NCBI RefSeq assembly: GCF_006345805.1
Contig: NC_043006.1
Location: 59,148,001 to 59,212,000, forward strand
From: Octopus sinensis
Taxonomy: Eukaryota
Direction: 5' to 3'
Length of the DNA: 64,000 nucleotides
This document shows positions 1-13,052 of this stretch, one piece after another. Every line of letters starts with the position of its first letter. The stretch's first letter is position 1. A program made the translations under genes and the position numbers. The notes under the pieces were generated by a model. It was not told the origin of the DNA. It did no database searches and saw nothing but the letters and a program-made list of their open reading frames with translations.

Positions 1-49
1 AATTTCAGGCCTTGTGACTTTAGTAGAAAGGATTATTATTATTATTATT
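1..49 (+). mobile_element. 3' tail of tRNA-derived SINE type B with (ATT)n tail, cut by window edge
   Basis: aatttcaggccttgtgactttagtagaaagg+(att)n; the same tail is seen reverse-complemented at 19521-19558. Confidence 0.6.
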
Positions 50-526
50 GAGTGAGAGAGCAGTGCATGCCATCAAAGTGACACTGGGGTAAAATATACG
101 AAGCCCAGTATACCCATTATGACTACCCGTCTGATAAGGGTACACCAGGCACATGCATTCCAACCATATGTGAACGACATGGTGATCTCATATCAAGATA
201 AACAGCACATGACCTTGCAGGTGGGGCCCAGTTAGAATTTTCTTCTGGTCGAGTAGCCCATCCTGCACAAAAGGATCCTGAATAATGATTGTTGAAGGAT
301 GTTGAACGAAACACCCATGTTTCCAAAGGTGAATTATCCAAACCTCCACGAATTCCTTTCAACACACGGCTATGATGCTCGTGGTCAGAGATGCACATAT
401 CGTCAGCTTCTAAGGGATATGGTCAACTGGTTAAGGTCAAACAACTGACAAGCAAATCTGTACTGAGCAGAATGTTTACTGTAGAACATCTTTTATACCA
501 AGACAAAACAATGTACATGATAACAC

Positions 527-527
<1 letters not shown>
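50..527 (-). mobile_element. ~480-bp non-coding interspersed repeat embedded in (AAT)n, copy 1
   Basis: Reverse complement aligns along its length with 18959-19470; AAT/ATT tracts on both sides; no conserved ORF. Confidence 0.75.
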
Positions 528-558
<31 letters not shown>

Positions 559-694
559 TCATATACGCACAACATATGAAAAAATTCTTAACATCGGCTT
601 ATAACAAGTGATCTTAGATGTCAAGAACCTTCCTAAGTATCCTAGATGTCCCAAATAATGATACTGTTTTCTGGAACTGCACTAGACTAGGTTA

Positions 695-890
695 TATGCT
701 TAGCGGCATTTCGTCCGTATCTATGTTCAGAGTTCAAATTCTGCCGAGGTCGATTTTACCTTTCATTCTTTCGGGGTCGATAAAATAAGTACCAGTTGAG
801 CACTGGAGTCGATGTACTAGAACTTTCTCCTTCCCCACGAAATTTTCTGAGAATGCGCCAAAATTTAAAACTATTATTGTTATTGTTATT
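695..890 (+). mobile_element. SINE type B, 5'-eroded
   Basis: gcttagcggcatttcgtcc...gagttcaaattctgccgaggtcga...ggggtcgataaaataagtaccagttgagcactgg; B-box-like GAGTTCAAATT; matches the full copy at 45383. Confidence 0.8.
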
Positions 891-944
891 GTTATCATTA
901 TTAAAAGGGGTCGCCTATTATAAACATAAGTATTATTAGAATTT

Positions 945-981
<37 letters not shown>

Positions 982-1831
982 ATCTCTGACCGTCTTGTTT
1001 CATACTACTAGAAGCAGACGAATTAAGAGAATAAAAAATGTACAGACGGAAGAAGTGATGAATGCGAAAGAAAAATTTTGTTGAAAATAGTGGAATATTA
1101 AAATGAAGCTGAAGGGAATCACCACTTTCCTCGTCGTTCTCCTCTTCTTCCTCTCCTCCTCCTCCTCCTCCTCAAATCAATACATCTGATTATTATCGTA
1201 ACCAACTCCACCATCATCATCATCATCATTACCATCGTTATCATCGTCTGAATGACCATCAAGGAAGATAAACCATCTTGTAATATTATCCATATACTCA
1301 CGTGTACCTCTCCAAAGAATAGCGAATACAGTAATTTCCCGAACAACAACAACAACAACAACAACACAACAACAACAACTACTACTACTACTACTACTAC
1401 TACTATACTACTACTACTACTACTACTACTACATCTCTGACCGTCTTGTTTCATACTACTAGAAGCAGACGAATTAAGAGAATAAAAAATGTACAGACGG
1501 AAGAAGTGATGAATGCGAAAGAAAAATTTTGTTGAAAATAGTGGAATATTAAAATGAAGCTGAAGGGAATCACCACTTTCCTCGTCGTTCTCCTCTTCTT
1601 CCTCTCCTCCTCCTCCTCCTCCTCCTCAAATCAATACATCTGATTATTATCGTAACCAACTCCACCATCATCATCATCATCATTACCATCGTTATCATCG
1701 TCTGAATGACCATCAAGGAAGATAAACCATCTTGTAATATTATCCATATACTCACGTGTACCTCTCCAAAGAATAGCGAATACAGTAATTTCCCGAACAA
1801 CAACAACAACAACAACAACACAACAACAACA

Positions 1832-1870
<39 letters not shown>
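945..1870. repeat. 451-bp tandem duplication bounded by (CTA)n tracts
   Basis: catctctgacc starts at 981 and 1432; the copies differ by one CCT unit. Confidence 0.9.
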
Positions 1871-2125
1871 GTAATCATCACAAGTGCCACCATTAGTAAT
1901 ATAATACTTATTAGAGAGAAAGAAAGACCGGCATCACCACTGCTACCAATCCGATCACCGCGACTACTACCATTACAACCGTCACCACTACTACTGCTGC
2001 AACTACCACCTCCACTACAGCTACCACGACTACCACATCCTATAATAGTATGACCACTAATAACAAACTATGATCAACACCACTACGTCCAGCGCCACTG
2101 CAACCACCATCACCACCACCATCAA

Positions 2126-2164
<39 letters not shown>

Positions 2165-2196
2165 CACTACCACTACTAATGCAGCTGCTGCTACTG

Positions 2197-2231
<35 letters not shown>

Positions 2232-2241
2232 GCTGCTTCTG

Positions 2242-2274
<33 letters not shown>

Positions 2275-2283
2275 CTGCTGCTG

Positions 2284-2335
<52 letters not shown>

Positions 2336-2960
2336 CGCCACCGCTACGACCGTCAATAACTATAGCGACACCAACACCACACCCTGCACTACAATCAGTC
2401 TCACCATACTACTATTACTATTTCCACTGTTATCATCATCACTATCTCCAGTGTTAACATTATCTATATTGGTTCTGCAACGATCTATATGATACGACGA
2501 TAACTACGATGAAAACCACCACCATCACCACAACCACCACCGCCACCACCACCACCATCAAAACCCCTACTCGCCACCATCATTATCATCACCATCATTA
2601 TCACCGGCACCCACTACTACCATCATCATTATCCTCTTCCACCATCACCACCACCACCAACACCAGCACCACCAGCACCAGCACCACCAACACTACAATG
2701 TTAACGATGTTGATCATCATCATCATCAACATTGTCATCCTCCTTTTCCTCCCCATCGTCATCATCATCATCATCATCACCACGACGACGACCACCACCA
2801 CCGCCGCCGCGGCAACCACCATTATCGTTGTCATCGTCGTCATCTCTGTCATCAACATCATCACCTGCAGAAGCAGCAGTAGCATCAGCGACTACAGCAA
2901 CAGTATCAATCGTCATAATCGCCATCACTATCACCAGCATACCTCAGCGTTTCAGCCAAC
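1870..2960. repeat. Low-complexity trinucleotide repeats (CTA/CAC/CAT)n
   Basis: Directly visible; explains the poly-T/V/L/S ORFs. Confidence 0.9.
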
Positions 2961-3191
2961 CAACTTTACTCAATCTCCGTTAGGAAATCCCCTACTCAAT
3001 AGAACACCAACTCTTACATGGCCCTCACCAAAATATCCTCCAGGACTATAGACTACCACCTGCTTACAACTTCTACAGTAGCCTTCTAAATACTAGGTGG
3101 TATTATAAAAACTATACGATGTATTAAATTTCTGCTACACTGCTATAGAATGTATCACCAACATGTTTTAGTCATGTTTACATGTAGTCTA

Positions 3192-3608
3192 ATCTCTTTT
3201 ACTCTTTTACTTGTTTCAGTCATGTGACTGTGGCCATGCTGGAGCACCGCCTTTAGTCGAGCAAATCGACCCCAGGACTTATTCTTTGTAAGCCTAGTAC
3301 TTATTCTATCGGTCCTTTTGTAAACCGTTAAGTTACGGGGACGTAAACACACCAGCATCAGTTGTCAAGCGATGTAGGGAGGACAAAGACAGACACACAA
3401 ACATATACACATACACACACATATATATATATGTATATATATACATATATACGATGGGCTTCTTTCAGTTTCCGTCTACCAAATCCACTCACAAGGCTTT
3501 GGTCGGCCCAAGGCTATAGTAGAAGACACTTACCCAAGGTGCCACACAGTGGGACTGAACCCGGAACCATGTGGTTGGTAAGCAAGCTACTTACCACACA
3601 GCCACTCT
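3192..3608 (-). mobile_element. SINE type A, full length (tRNA-like head, internal TA/CA microsatellite, stem-loop tail)
   Basis: Reverse complement of the 44625-45070 copy: head gtggctgtgtggtaagtagc...ggttccgggttcagtccc; tail ggcggtgctccagcatggccacagtcacatgactgaaac plus (aaaagagt)n. Confidence 0.85.
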
Positions 3609-5013
3609 TAAATCCCTCTGGAAGTCAACGAGATAAATAAATAGCACTATCAATCATGTATTCAGGTAAATTTGATTGATTTATACCTCTTGTTTCACGT
3701 TTTTAGATTTGCATCAAAGAAAGAGGCAGCCTATCAGCAAATAGTAATAAATCTATTAATAAAAACACAACCACCGCTTGCAAGTGTCTATAACTTAGTA
3801 GCGCGTACCATAGTTTCGCGTAGACGTCTTTTCCCTTCTATCCTTGACCTATTACGACATAGAGGGTGTGACAGCTGGAAAGAGAGGTGGGTAGAGAGAG
3901 ATGGAGTGAGACAGAGGTAGAGAGAGGGACAGAAAGGTATGAATGGATACAGAGAGAAAGAGATATAGTGAGGGTGAGGGCTACAACAGCAATTCATTAG
4001 TACTCATTTTTAGCTCAGTAGACTGGAAGGTTGTGAAGAGAAATATCATGTTCAAAGACACTGTACTTTCCAGTTCAGGAATCAAACACACGATCTATGA
4101 TCTTGAGCCTTCTGTCCCGATCACTAGGCCATGTGCCTTCACATGCCTTCGGCAAACGGCAGAGATCAAGATATCAGGACTTAGTATGTTGACTTCGCAA
4201 CGCAATTTCAATGTGAAGTTGACACTACGTCATATCAACTTGGCGGTTATTGTCCTTAGTAAAAGGACGAACGTAATACTTTATACTAAATAAAGTAATA
4301 TCAGCTACAAGCTCTCAGTGTACCATCAATCAACTGGCATCACTTTTCAGCGAATCGTCCATACTACATAATGTATTAGTACGATGAAATAGTCTCACAA
4401 TACCACATTTTGTTGATGACGTATGGAAGAGAATAATTATTATCTAAAACGTCACATAGGTGGATGTAACAACTTGTTAATACCAAACTATTTGAAACGT
4501 TAAATGGTTCTATGTAGCGTATAGTTTGATATAAGTTAATTACATAAACCATTGAGCTTAAAAGTACCTAAAACAAGTAGAGAGGCATCGTGGGGAAGAT
4601 ATAATCTCGAGGGACTGCTTAATATATTCAGAATATATACAGAATATATTCGTAGGTATGGGTGTGTGGTTAAGAAATTCGCTTCTCAATTCTGTGGCTT
4701 TGGTTTCAGTTCCACACGCATCACCTATATATGTATATACACACATGTTTTTGAGTTATATTTTCTTCTTTGTAATATAGCAAGGACACAGACACAAACA
4801 GACACAAACACAAACACACACACACACAGACTCACACACACACATAGCATAATGTGTTCTTGTTCATAGGATCAATAAATAAGTACTCAATTCAGGTATA
4901 TATTAGACCCAACAGGTTAATTTACATTGAAAATGCATACGGGCTTAGATGGCATATGTTTGGCACGTTAAGCAGAAGTGAAGTTGAAGCTTCTAAGTAT
5001 TCAACAAACACAA

Positions 5014-5014
<1 letters not shown>

Positions 5015-5074
<60 letters not shown>

Positions 5075-5083
5075 GTCTATCTG

Positions 5084-5125
<42 letters not shown>

Positions 5126-5137
5126 ATCTATCATCCA

Positions 5138-5200
<63 letters not shown>

Positions 5201-5244
5201 CATCTATCTATCTATCTATCTGTCTATCTACTATCTATCTATCC

Positions 5245-5291
<47 letters not shown>

Positions 5292-5353
5292 CATCTATCT
5301 ATCTGTCTATCTATCTATCTATCTATCCATCTATCTATCTATCTATCTATCTG

Positions 5354-5423
<70 letters not shown>

Positions 5424-5424
5424 C

Positions 5425-5496
<72 letters not shown>

Positions 5497-5508
5497 CTAT
5501 ATATATCC

Positions 5509-5594
<86 letters not shown>

Positions 5595-5597
5595 TGA
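5015..5597. repeat. (TATC)n microsatellite, ~580 bp
   Basis: Directly visible. Confidence 0.95.
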
Positions 5598-7053
5598 CTC
5601 TTGAGCCACTACTGCGGAAGCTGGCGACTCTAAGGGGCATCCCGCGAGAATTGGGATGCGGGACGAGCGTGTCTGCATACGCGGACGACGTCACCGTCAT
5701 AGTGTCTAGCCACGAGCACATCGAGCTGGTCGGCGAGACATTGAAAAACTACGAAGCGGTGACAGGAGCGAAAATCAACCGGGAAAAGTCAGTGGGCTTG
5801 CGACTAGGCACCTGGAGAAGCAAGCCCATGCCGTCCACCAGCGCCTCCGTCGTGGACGCTGGACCGACGGCCCGTTGAGTTGCTCGGGGTCTGGTTTGGT
5901 CCGGACCTCCAAGTGGAGAAGAACTGGAACGAGATAACGAGTAGGGTGGTCACTCTCGCCCGGCAATGGGCCGAGAGGAAACTGTCCCTAAAAGGTCGAG
6001 CGGAGGTGGCGAACACGTACATCGCGTCCGTCATCTACTACGCCTGACCGTCGTACCTTGTCCCGACCCTACCATCACCAAACTACTACAACGCATCCTC
6101 TTTCGCTTCTTGTGGAAAGGATGCGTCCCGATGGTCAGGCGATCCATTTGCTGTCAACACCCGTTAAAAGGAGGGCTGGGCATGCCGTGGTTGATGATGC
6201 GCAGACACGCGCTGAACTGCGACATCTCTGGCTCTATGTAGACGACGGTGAACAGGTGTGGTCGCCGTTTGTGAGGCACGCTTTCCCGCAGCTCGTCTCC
6301 ATGACCGAACTGCAGTCGTGGATCAAAAAGAGGCCGAGAAGGCGAATGGCACCGCGAGTGTCGCGTTGCTCTCAAGCAACTCTGCCGTCCTGGGTCGACC
6401 TTGAGTGACTTCAACACAACCAAAGCATTCTATAGGGGTTTAGTGGAGGGGAGGTACGACGACGAGCTCGGGGCGAACCTGGACGTCGACGAGGAGTACC
6501 TGACCCGCCTGTTCAGGACGACTTTCGGGCAGGGCCCATGGACAACTTCCAGAGATCCCTGGCCTGGCAGTGCTACCGAGAAGCGCTACCCGTTCGGGAT
6601 AAGCTCTACAGACACGGCTCGAGAAACACGGGGCCGACCTGCCCGAGATGCGGTCAGAGCGACGAAACCGTTCTGCACGCACTCGTTCAGTGTCCAACAA
6701 TTTCCGACCTGTGGGCTTATGTCGAACAACTGCTGTCACGTGTGGGACGAGTCGGTTTATCAGCTGAGTCTATCGTCAATATTGTCACGCCTCCTTCCTT
6801 CAAACGGGAAGGAAGAGCTATTTTCATCATCCTTGTGGCGAAAGAATGTATCTGGTGGACGCGTCTGAAAGGATTGGAGACAAACACTTTCCTCTCTGGT
6901 CAATCTCTCATCAACTTCTTCAAGTACCACTTGAAAAGGAAAGTGAGAGTAGAGAGGCAAGTTTTGTCTAGCGAATGTTTTAAAAAAAGATGGGTGAATG
7001 TAGCAAGAATGGCACGTATGAATGACGAAGCCACCTTGAGCATAGTCCTATGA
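5598..7053 (+). pseudogene. Frameshifted ORF2 remnant (RT C-terminal half plus zinc knuckle) of the L1/Tx1 element
   Basis: Pieces in ORFs 5594-5878, 5966-6241, 6058-6408, 6401-6868 and 6538-7053 join through frameshifts. Confidence 0.8.
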
Positions 7054-7446
7054 ACCCAGAAATCGAAAACAGAGAGTGCTTATTTGCAAAAAAAAAAAAA
7101 AAAAAAAAGAAATATAAAATGTGACTTCATTGACCGAGGTTACGTGGTCTTTTCCGCAGGCTTTTCTTTCCACGGGTAAACCTCACCTGTCCTCCCCTTA
7201 CAGTCATATGACATTTCTGTGATAACGATCCCTATTGATCATTTTTTTTTCCTCTCCCCACTTTTTTTTTTTTTTTTTTTTAACCCCCCTTATTTTTGTC
7301 CTCTTTCTCTCCTTTTACGATCCCTTTTGATCGAACCTCCCCCTTCTTTTTTTTTTTTTTTTTTTTTTTTAATACCTTCAAAAGAAAAGCTCTACCTTGT
7401 AATTTGTTCTATCTGTGTGCAGCCCTGTGTGGCTAATAAAGAAACA
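5598..7446 (+). mobile_element. 5'-truncated L1/Tx1-type non-LTR retrotransposon
   Basis: RT motif YADD (AYADDVTV), C-terminal CPRC...H...C knuckle, GC-rich body, terminal AATAAA at 7435, and a 10-bp direct repeat TATCTATTGA at 5588-5597 and 7447-7456 (candidate TSD). Confidence 0.85.
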
Positions 7447-7489
7447 TATCTATTGATCGATCTATCTGTCTGTCTGGTTGTCTACATGT

Positions 7490-7850
7490 ATATACAAGAA
7501 ATAAAGATGAAAATGGTCAGAGAGTATGTTAGAACGAGCAAAACGCTCCCACCCTGTCCAATGGACGGTGCTGAGTTGTCAAACATTTAAACCAAATTTT
7601 CTCAAAACAACTTGTCCGACCGTCCCATAGGCCTCCCCTTTGAGAAACACTGATTTAACCTAAATTTGAGACACCAACAAAAGAAGAAATAAAGACTTTT
7701 TTCTATTCTAAAGAAAACGATTTCCCACGCATTCTCAGCTGGAATCGATTTTTGTAATTTTTTTCAAGACTTATACAGGCCCTGGTACGGTCGGTATCTA
7801 CATATCAAATTTGATCGCAATCGGATGGAGGATGCCCGAGATCCTAGAAA

Positions 7851-7890
<40 letters not shown>

Positions 7891-7910
7891 CGGATTTTAT
7901 ATAAGAGATT
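7490..7910 (-). mobile_element. Possible non-autonomous Helitron-like element with (CA)n
   Basis: Minus-strand start A|TCTCTTATATAAAATCCG followed by (TG)n, similar to the 9496-9841 start; 3' hairpin not clear. Confidence 0.35.
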
Positions 7911-7946
7911 AGTTAAAACTTAATTAGATTTTCAAATGTAGGATTA

Positions 7947-8111
7947 CACCTGACCGGTTTCGCATCTGATTTTCACAAACCCATAGTATATGGGGCTGTG
8001 TCGCAAATTATTTCTCTTCTGCTCATTGTTATAAGAACTGGAAGAAAAATAATCCGCAACAACTCTATATAATATATACGTTTGAAAATCTAATGCGAAA
8101 CTGGTCAGGTG
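7947..8111. mobile_element. MITE-like fold-back, ~20-bp inverted termini, TA on both flanks
   Basis: TA|cacctgaccggtttcgcat ... atgcgaaactggtcaggtg|TA. Confidence 0.6.
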
Positions 8112-8440
8112 TATCAGTATAGTTTGAATAGATGTCTTGCAAACAACTTGCACATGCAAGTGCTACCAGTTAAAAGCTCCGTATATCGGAAGCTAGCAAG
8201 TGTATGGGGTCATCAGGAGAGAATGCGCGCCGTTTCGGGGCCTACCTCTCGACGGCATCAATGCGCACCGGCCCCCCTCACTGATATGAGGCCCCGCTTG
8301 CTAGATCAGCTGGTTATGAAGAACTCAATATACTTCTAGCCATCGCTCATCGTCTCTTTTTAACCAAATCCAAATTAGTTCTTATATGCACTCTGTGCAT
8401 TACATTTCTTCTGTACTTTTACTTATTTGGCTTAATAACG

Positions 8441-8481
<41 letters not shown>

Positions 8482-8594
8482 ATATATATGTATATATTTA
8501 TATATAATACATTAATTCTACCTACGTAAAATATAAATATATATACACACAACACTATATATACATGTCTATATATGCATACATGTAGGTGTGC

Positions 8595-8634
<40 letters not shown>

Positions 8635-8782
8635 TGTGTGTGTGTATATATATATGTATTTACATATATACATATGTATATATGTATATATATATATATA
8701 TTATATATATGTGGTGTGTGTGTGTGTATGTATGTATATTTATGTATTTACGTACGTACGTATGTATGTGTGTACGGATTGC

Positions 8783-8912
8783 CGCAGATGAGGCTATGTG
8801 TTAGGAAGCTTACTTTCCAACCATGAACTCTGCGCAGCATCTACTATAGTCTCGGGCCGACCAAGTCCTTGTAAGTAGATTTGGTAGACGGCAGCTAAAA
8901 GAAGGTCATTGT
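8783..8912 (+). mobile_element. Degenerate SINE type A head
   Basis: ctactatagtctcgggccgaccaagtccttgtaagtagatttggtagacgg matches type A. Confidence 0.65.
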
Positions 8913-8934
8913 ATGTGCGCGCGCGCACGCGTAT

Positions 8935-9240
8935 TTATTTATTTATTTATTTATTTATTTATGCGCCCTTTTCAAGCCAACCAGTCTCATGGGCCCGGTT
9001 TCCCGGTTCCTATGCTGGACGGGACGCCAGTCCATCGCAGTGTTACTCAAGAAACAGGAAGAAAGAGTGAGAGAAAGTTGGGGCAAAAGAGTACAACAGG
9101 GGTATCCCCCCTGTTGGATATTCGTAGAGCTTTAGGTGTTTTCGCTCAATTAACACCCACAACGCCCGGTCTGGGAATCGAAACCGCGATCCTCCGACTG
9201 CGAGTCCGCTGCCCTAACCACTGGGCCATTGCGCTTCCAC
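8935..9240 (-). mobile_element. tRNA-derived SINE type C with (AAAT)n tail
   Basis: Minus-strand head gtggaagcgcaatggcccagtggttagggcagcggactcgcagtcggaggatcgcggtttcgattccc has A-box TGGCCCAGTGG and B-box GGTTTCGATTCC; a body follows and there is no complete cloverleaf. Confidence 0.75.
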
Positions 9241-9255
9241 ACATACACACACACG

Positions 9256-9290
<35 letters not shown>

Positions 9291-9292
9291 TT

Positions 9293-9375
<83 letters not shown>

Positions 9376-9400
9376 ATATATATATATATATATATAATAT

Positions 9401-9434
<34 letters not shown>

Positions 9435-9495
9435 CTATATAATATATATTATATATATATATATAATATATAATATATAAATATATATATATACA

Positions 9496-9841
9496 CTAGC
9501 AATATCGCCCGATCCTTTAGAATTGGAATTTCTGAAAAGTAAAAATTTTGCATTATGTAGCTTGTTATTCTCTTTAAGTGAACATTTTTCTGACTGAAAT
9601 ACACCGAAAACTGGCGACACAGCAGTCAAAAAATCGTAAAAAATGGGAATTTTCATAATTAAAAAGCACCTTTTTGATGTAAAAAAATTTTTTATGTTAA
9701 CATGGTCCGATTTAAAGTTTTTCTTCTACGGAAGGAAGAGCATACTCTCAATTTTGGTCAACTTGCACCGCAGTGTCTCGGAGGAGATAGTGTTAGTTGA
9801 AGGCTACCAAACAGACAACTTCAGCTTTATATATATAGAGA
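9496..9841 (-). mobile_element. Non-autonomous Helitron
   Basis: Minus strand A|TCTCTATATATATAAAG ... GCTAG|T; inserted between A and T with no TSD; 3' hairpin eroded. Confidence 0.6.
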
Positions 9842-10129
9842 TGAGAAATAAACTTTTTCGCAACTCCATAGTCCCGCATCATATTCTGATGAGCTTTTAC
9901 TAAAAAACAATGAAAATCAATATTTGTTTTGTATTTGATTAAAAAATTTCACCGATGGCGTTGAAATTTTTATACTCGGTTGCATTTGGGTGGATTTCCA
10001 AAAACTAACCTTGGTTGAATAATAAAAAAAAAGGGAAAAAAGATCCAAAACGTTTATTCCATTACTGTTAAAGGAACTGTTTTCCACATTCCAGAACAAT
10101 AAAAAGAAGGTAAGTCATATAAAGTCAAA

Positions 10130-11432
10130 TAGTCAAGCTGCAACAAGTCATTAGAGAGAATGAAACACAATGACAGGTTGGCTTTGTTCCTGCATGTGGC
10201 GTGTCGTTCTTGCATGACCTTAAATGCTCGCTCACATCATTGATTGCTTCTACTGATGCTTAGTTTTTATGGTGCTTGTTTCCAGTGATTTGTCAAGCAT
10301 TTCAAAGCAGTCTCGTAGCGTTGTAAGGCTTGAGATAGCTCTGCCTAATTTTCAGCTCTATACATTTGGTAACTGAACCAGTGGTCCACCCAGCCATATG
10401 AGATGAACTGGCAGACCATCTTCAATCATTCTCTCACATGTGGCAAGGGTTAAGATTGTTCGCGCATTCCATCTGGAATTACTGATGTGCAGAATTTTCT
10501 GATACTTCATGAAAAGTAGGTCTCCGTTTTCATGGAAGAACCTGAAGGCACGGGTTAAGTGGAAGAGAAACTCCATGTCATTTCTCCAGCCAGCATCATC
10601 TTCAAGAGCATGAGTTCTATTCAGGATGGAACCATGGAGTTCTTCATAATTTGTCATGAGTTCTTTGACAAGAAAATATTCGATCTTGGGTAAATTGCTT
10701 GCGCCTGCTAGGTCCTCGTCCATAACAATGCGTAGGATTCTGTGCTAGATATGGTGTTGGCAGCTCACGAACAGTGGCTTGTCATAGCCTTTGTTCAAGA
10801 ACATTTCCCGCAATCTAACCACTACCCCACTCTGTCATCCTGTATTCACACTCGTGGTATCAGTAAAAAAATATTGAGATTGCGCCCCACAAATGAAATC
10901 CGTCCAAGACGCTTTACAATCCTTCTGCAATGATCTCAGCCCTGCCATCACACAGCTTCATAGCAGCCAGCTTGATTTCACTTGTTTCATTCTTGTTGAC
11001 AACCACTTGATATTCATTTCCGTCAATATGTTTACCATCGAAATGCAGTGTCCGTTTCTGATTGCATATTGTATCGATCAAGTATTTCTTCATTCCAACA
11101 GCTTTCTTGAAGAGTGCCTTGTAAATGTCTTGCTGACTAGGAGCTGGTATATCAATGCCCTCCTCTGACAACTGTTTGCAGATTTTAGCAACAAGTCTCG
11201 TACTAATTGCATCACTATCATTATCATTTTGATCAACTCTGTCATCTTCACCATAATTGTACTCTTCAATCTCTTCTTCGTTAGTATTCAGGGCTGTTGG
11301 ATTTGATAAAGAATGGGAGGCTTCAGCATCAGAGCATCTTCTTTCCTTGGAAGGATGGATAGTGTGCCTGCTTGCAGCTTTGCCTGTCGAATAGCCCACT
11401 TTGGTCTTGCTTTGAAGTTGGATGGAGTACAT
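10130..11432 (-). pseudogene. Decayed DDE transposase of the CxxH-insertion group (hAT/P/MULE/Kolobok-like)
   Basis: Motifs LHFDGK, FTDTTSVNTG*, CQHHI* and SNSRWNARTI in order on the minus strand, with stops and frameshifts; no TIRs found. Confidence 0.6.
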
Positions 11433-11454
11433 CTCATCAGCATTGAATCATTCA

Positions 11455-11625
11455 CCGTGGACTTTATATATACAACAGGCTCCTTTCAATTTCCATCTAA
11501 GAAATCCACTCACAAGGCCATTGTCAGCCCGAGGCTGTAGTAGAAGACACTTGCTCAATGTGCCACGCAGTGGGATTGGACCCACAACCATGTAGTAGGA
11601 AAGCAAGCTTCTTACCACACAGTCA
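11455..11625 (-). mobile_element. SINE type A 5' half
   Basis: aaatccactcacaaggcc...tagtagaagacacttgctcaatgtgccacgcagtggga. Confidence 0.75.
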
Positions 11626-12789
11626 TATAAGCATACATATAGAAATGCAAACATATGTGTGTGTGTGTATTTACATATGCATTCGTTCTCAAATGGAGCC
11701 TATAAACTCCTGTTGACCCAATACCCAGAATACTCCTTATATCTTATCCTGTTCCGTTACTTGTGTAGCTTCCTCTTGTTTGTAAATTGTGTTGTAGAGA
11801 ATCGCTCAATATCCTTCACCATCATAATACTTCCTTATTCAATAGGTTCCCTGACGTAATCTTCGCGTGTAAGCACACATTTTATTCCACTTTTACTCAT
11901 TACGCAAAATCTTTATGATTTCTCCTAATTGAAGCACATTTATCTCTCTAATCTCCTAATCTCAGCATATTTTCCGCTTCCACCACACTCCCCCAATACA
12001 TTTCATTCATTACTTTACCTCTTCGTGTCTCTCTGTTATAGCCAGCTACTATCTCTAATTGAGTTAAAGTCTGTTTAAAGTTTGATTCCCAACCACCAGT
12101 GGCACTCCCTTTCTCTACACTAACCTTATATATATATATCTGTATGTTTGTGTGTGTGCATGTGTGTATGTGCATGTACGTATATGTGTTACATTTGTCC
12201 CCCTCACCGGTTGACAATCGTTGTTGGTTTATTAACGTCCCGGGAACTTAACGATTCTTCAAAAGAGACGAAAGAATAACCACCGAATTTAAAGAAGGTA
12301 TTGATTAATTATAACAAGTTAAGGAATAAATATACATTTAAGTTAGAGCTTTTGCTGAGTATAACGATTAGTTAATCCATTCACTGTACCTACTAAGCCA
12401 ACTAGATTTAGATTGATCGCACACATAAAGAGAACAAACTGCCCACCTGTCAGACGCTTGTATATTATCATACACACACGGCCAGCTTCGACTCACGTTT
12501 GTTAATTGTTACATTAGCTAAATACTTCTGAATTACAGTATACTTTCAAATACTTATCACACACTCTTGATATTAGTCAATTAAGAAAGATAAATAGACG
12601 TAGAATATCTGATAGCATAATGATCAGTTTATATCAGATAATCTATGATTATAAAATCTGGATTCTATAATAGAAATCAGACATTAAAATATAACAGTTT
12701 TGTTTGATATGTGTCTCTACTTGAGAGCGTCTACGCTAAATATAAGAGTTAACTCTCCCTCTAACCAGACTCTACCGTTTTGAAACAGA

Positions 12790-12915
12790 AACCGGGTTCC
12801 ATAACCGGGTTCAGTTCCACAGCATGTCACCTTGGTCAAGTGTGTTCTACGATAGCCTCGGACAGACCAAAGCTTTGTGAATTGAATTGGTAGACATAAA
12901 TTAAAGAAAGTCCGT
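12790..12915 (+). mobile_element. SINE type A head; its internal microsatellite hosts the downstream insertions
   Basis: ccgggttcagttccacagcatgtcaccttggtcaagtgtgttctacgatagcctcgg... Confidence 0.7.
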
Positions 12916-13000
12916 TGTGTGTGTGCATGTATGTATGTGTGTGTGCTTATTATATATATATATATATGCATATGTGTATGTGTGTGTGTATGCATATATG

Positions 13001-13030
<30 letters not shown>

Positions 13031-13052
<22 letters not shown>

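Noticed and set aside
1119-5604. Long ORFs of poly-T/V/L/S or (IYLS)n, and similar (YI)n/(MYVC)n ORFs across the window
   Set aside because: Stop-free translations of microsatellites; no coding signal
9165-9240. tRNA-like sequence on the minus strand
   Set aside because: Has A and B boxes but no proper acceptor stem or 7-nt anticodon loop, and continues into a SINE body with an (AAAT)n tail
11415-11445. Minus-strand CUGAUGA with a GAUG/CAUC hairpin
   Set aside because: Followed by CAAC instead of GAAA; lies in transposase-derived sequence
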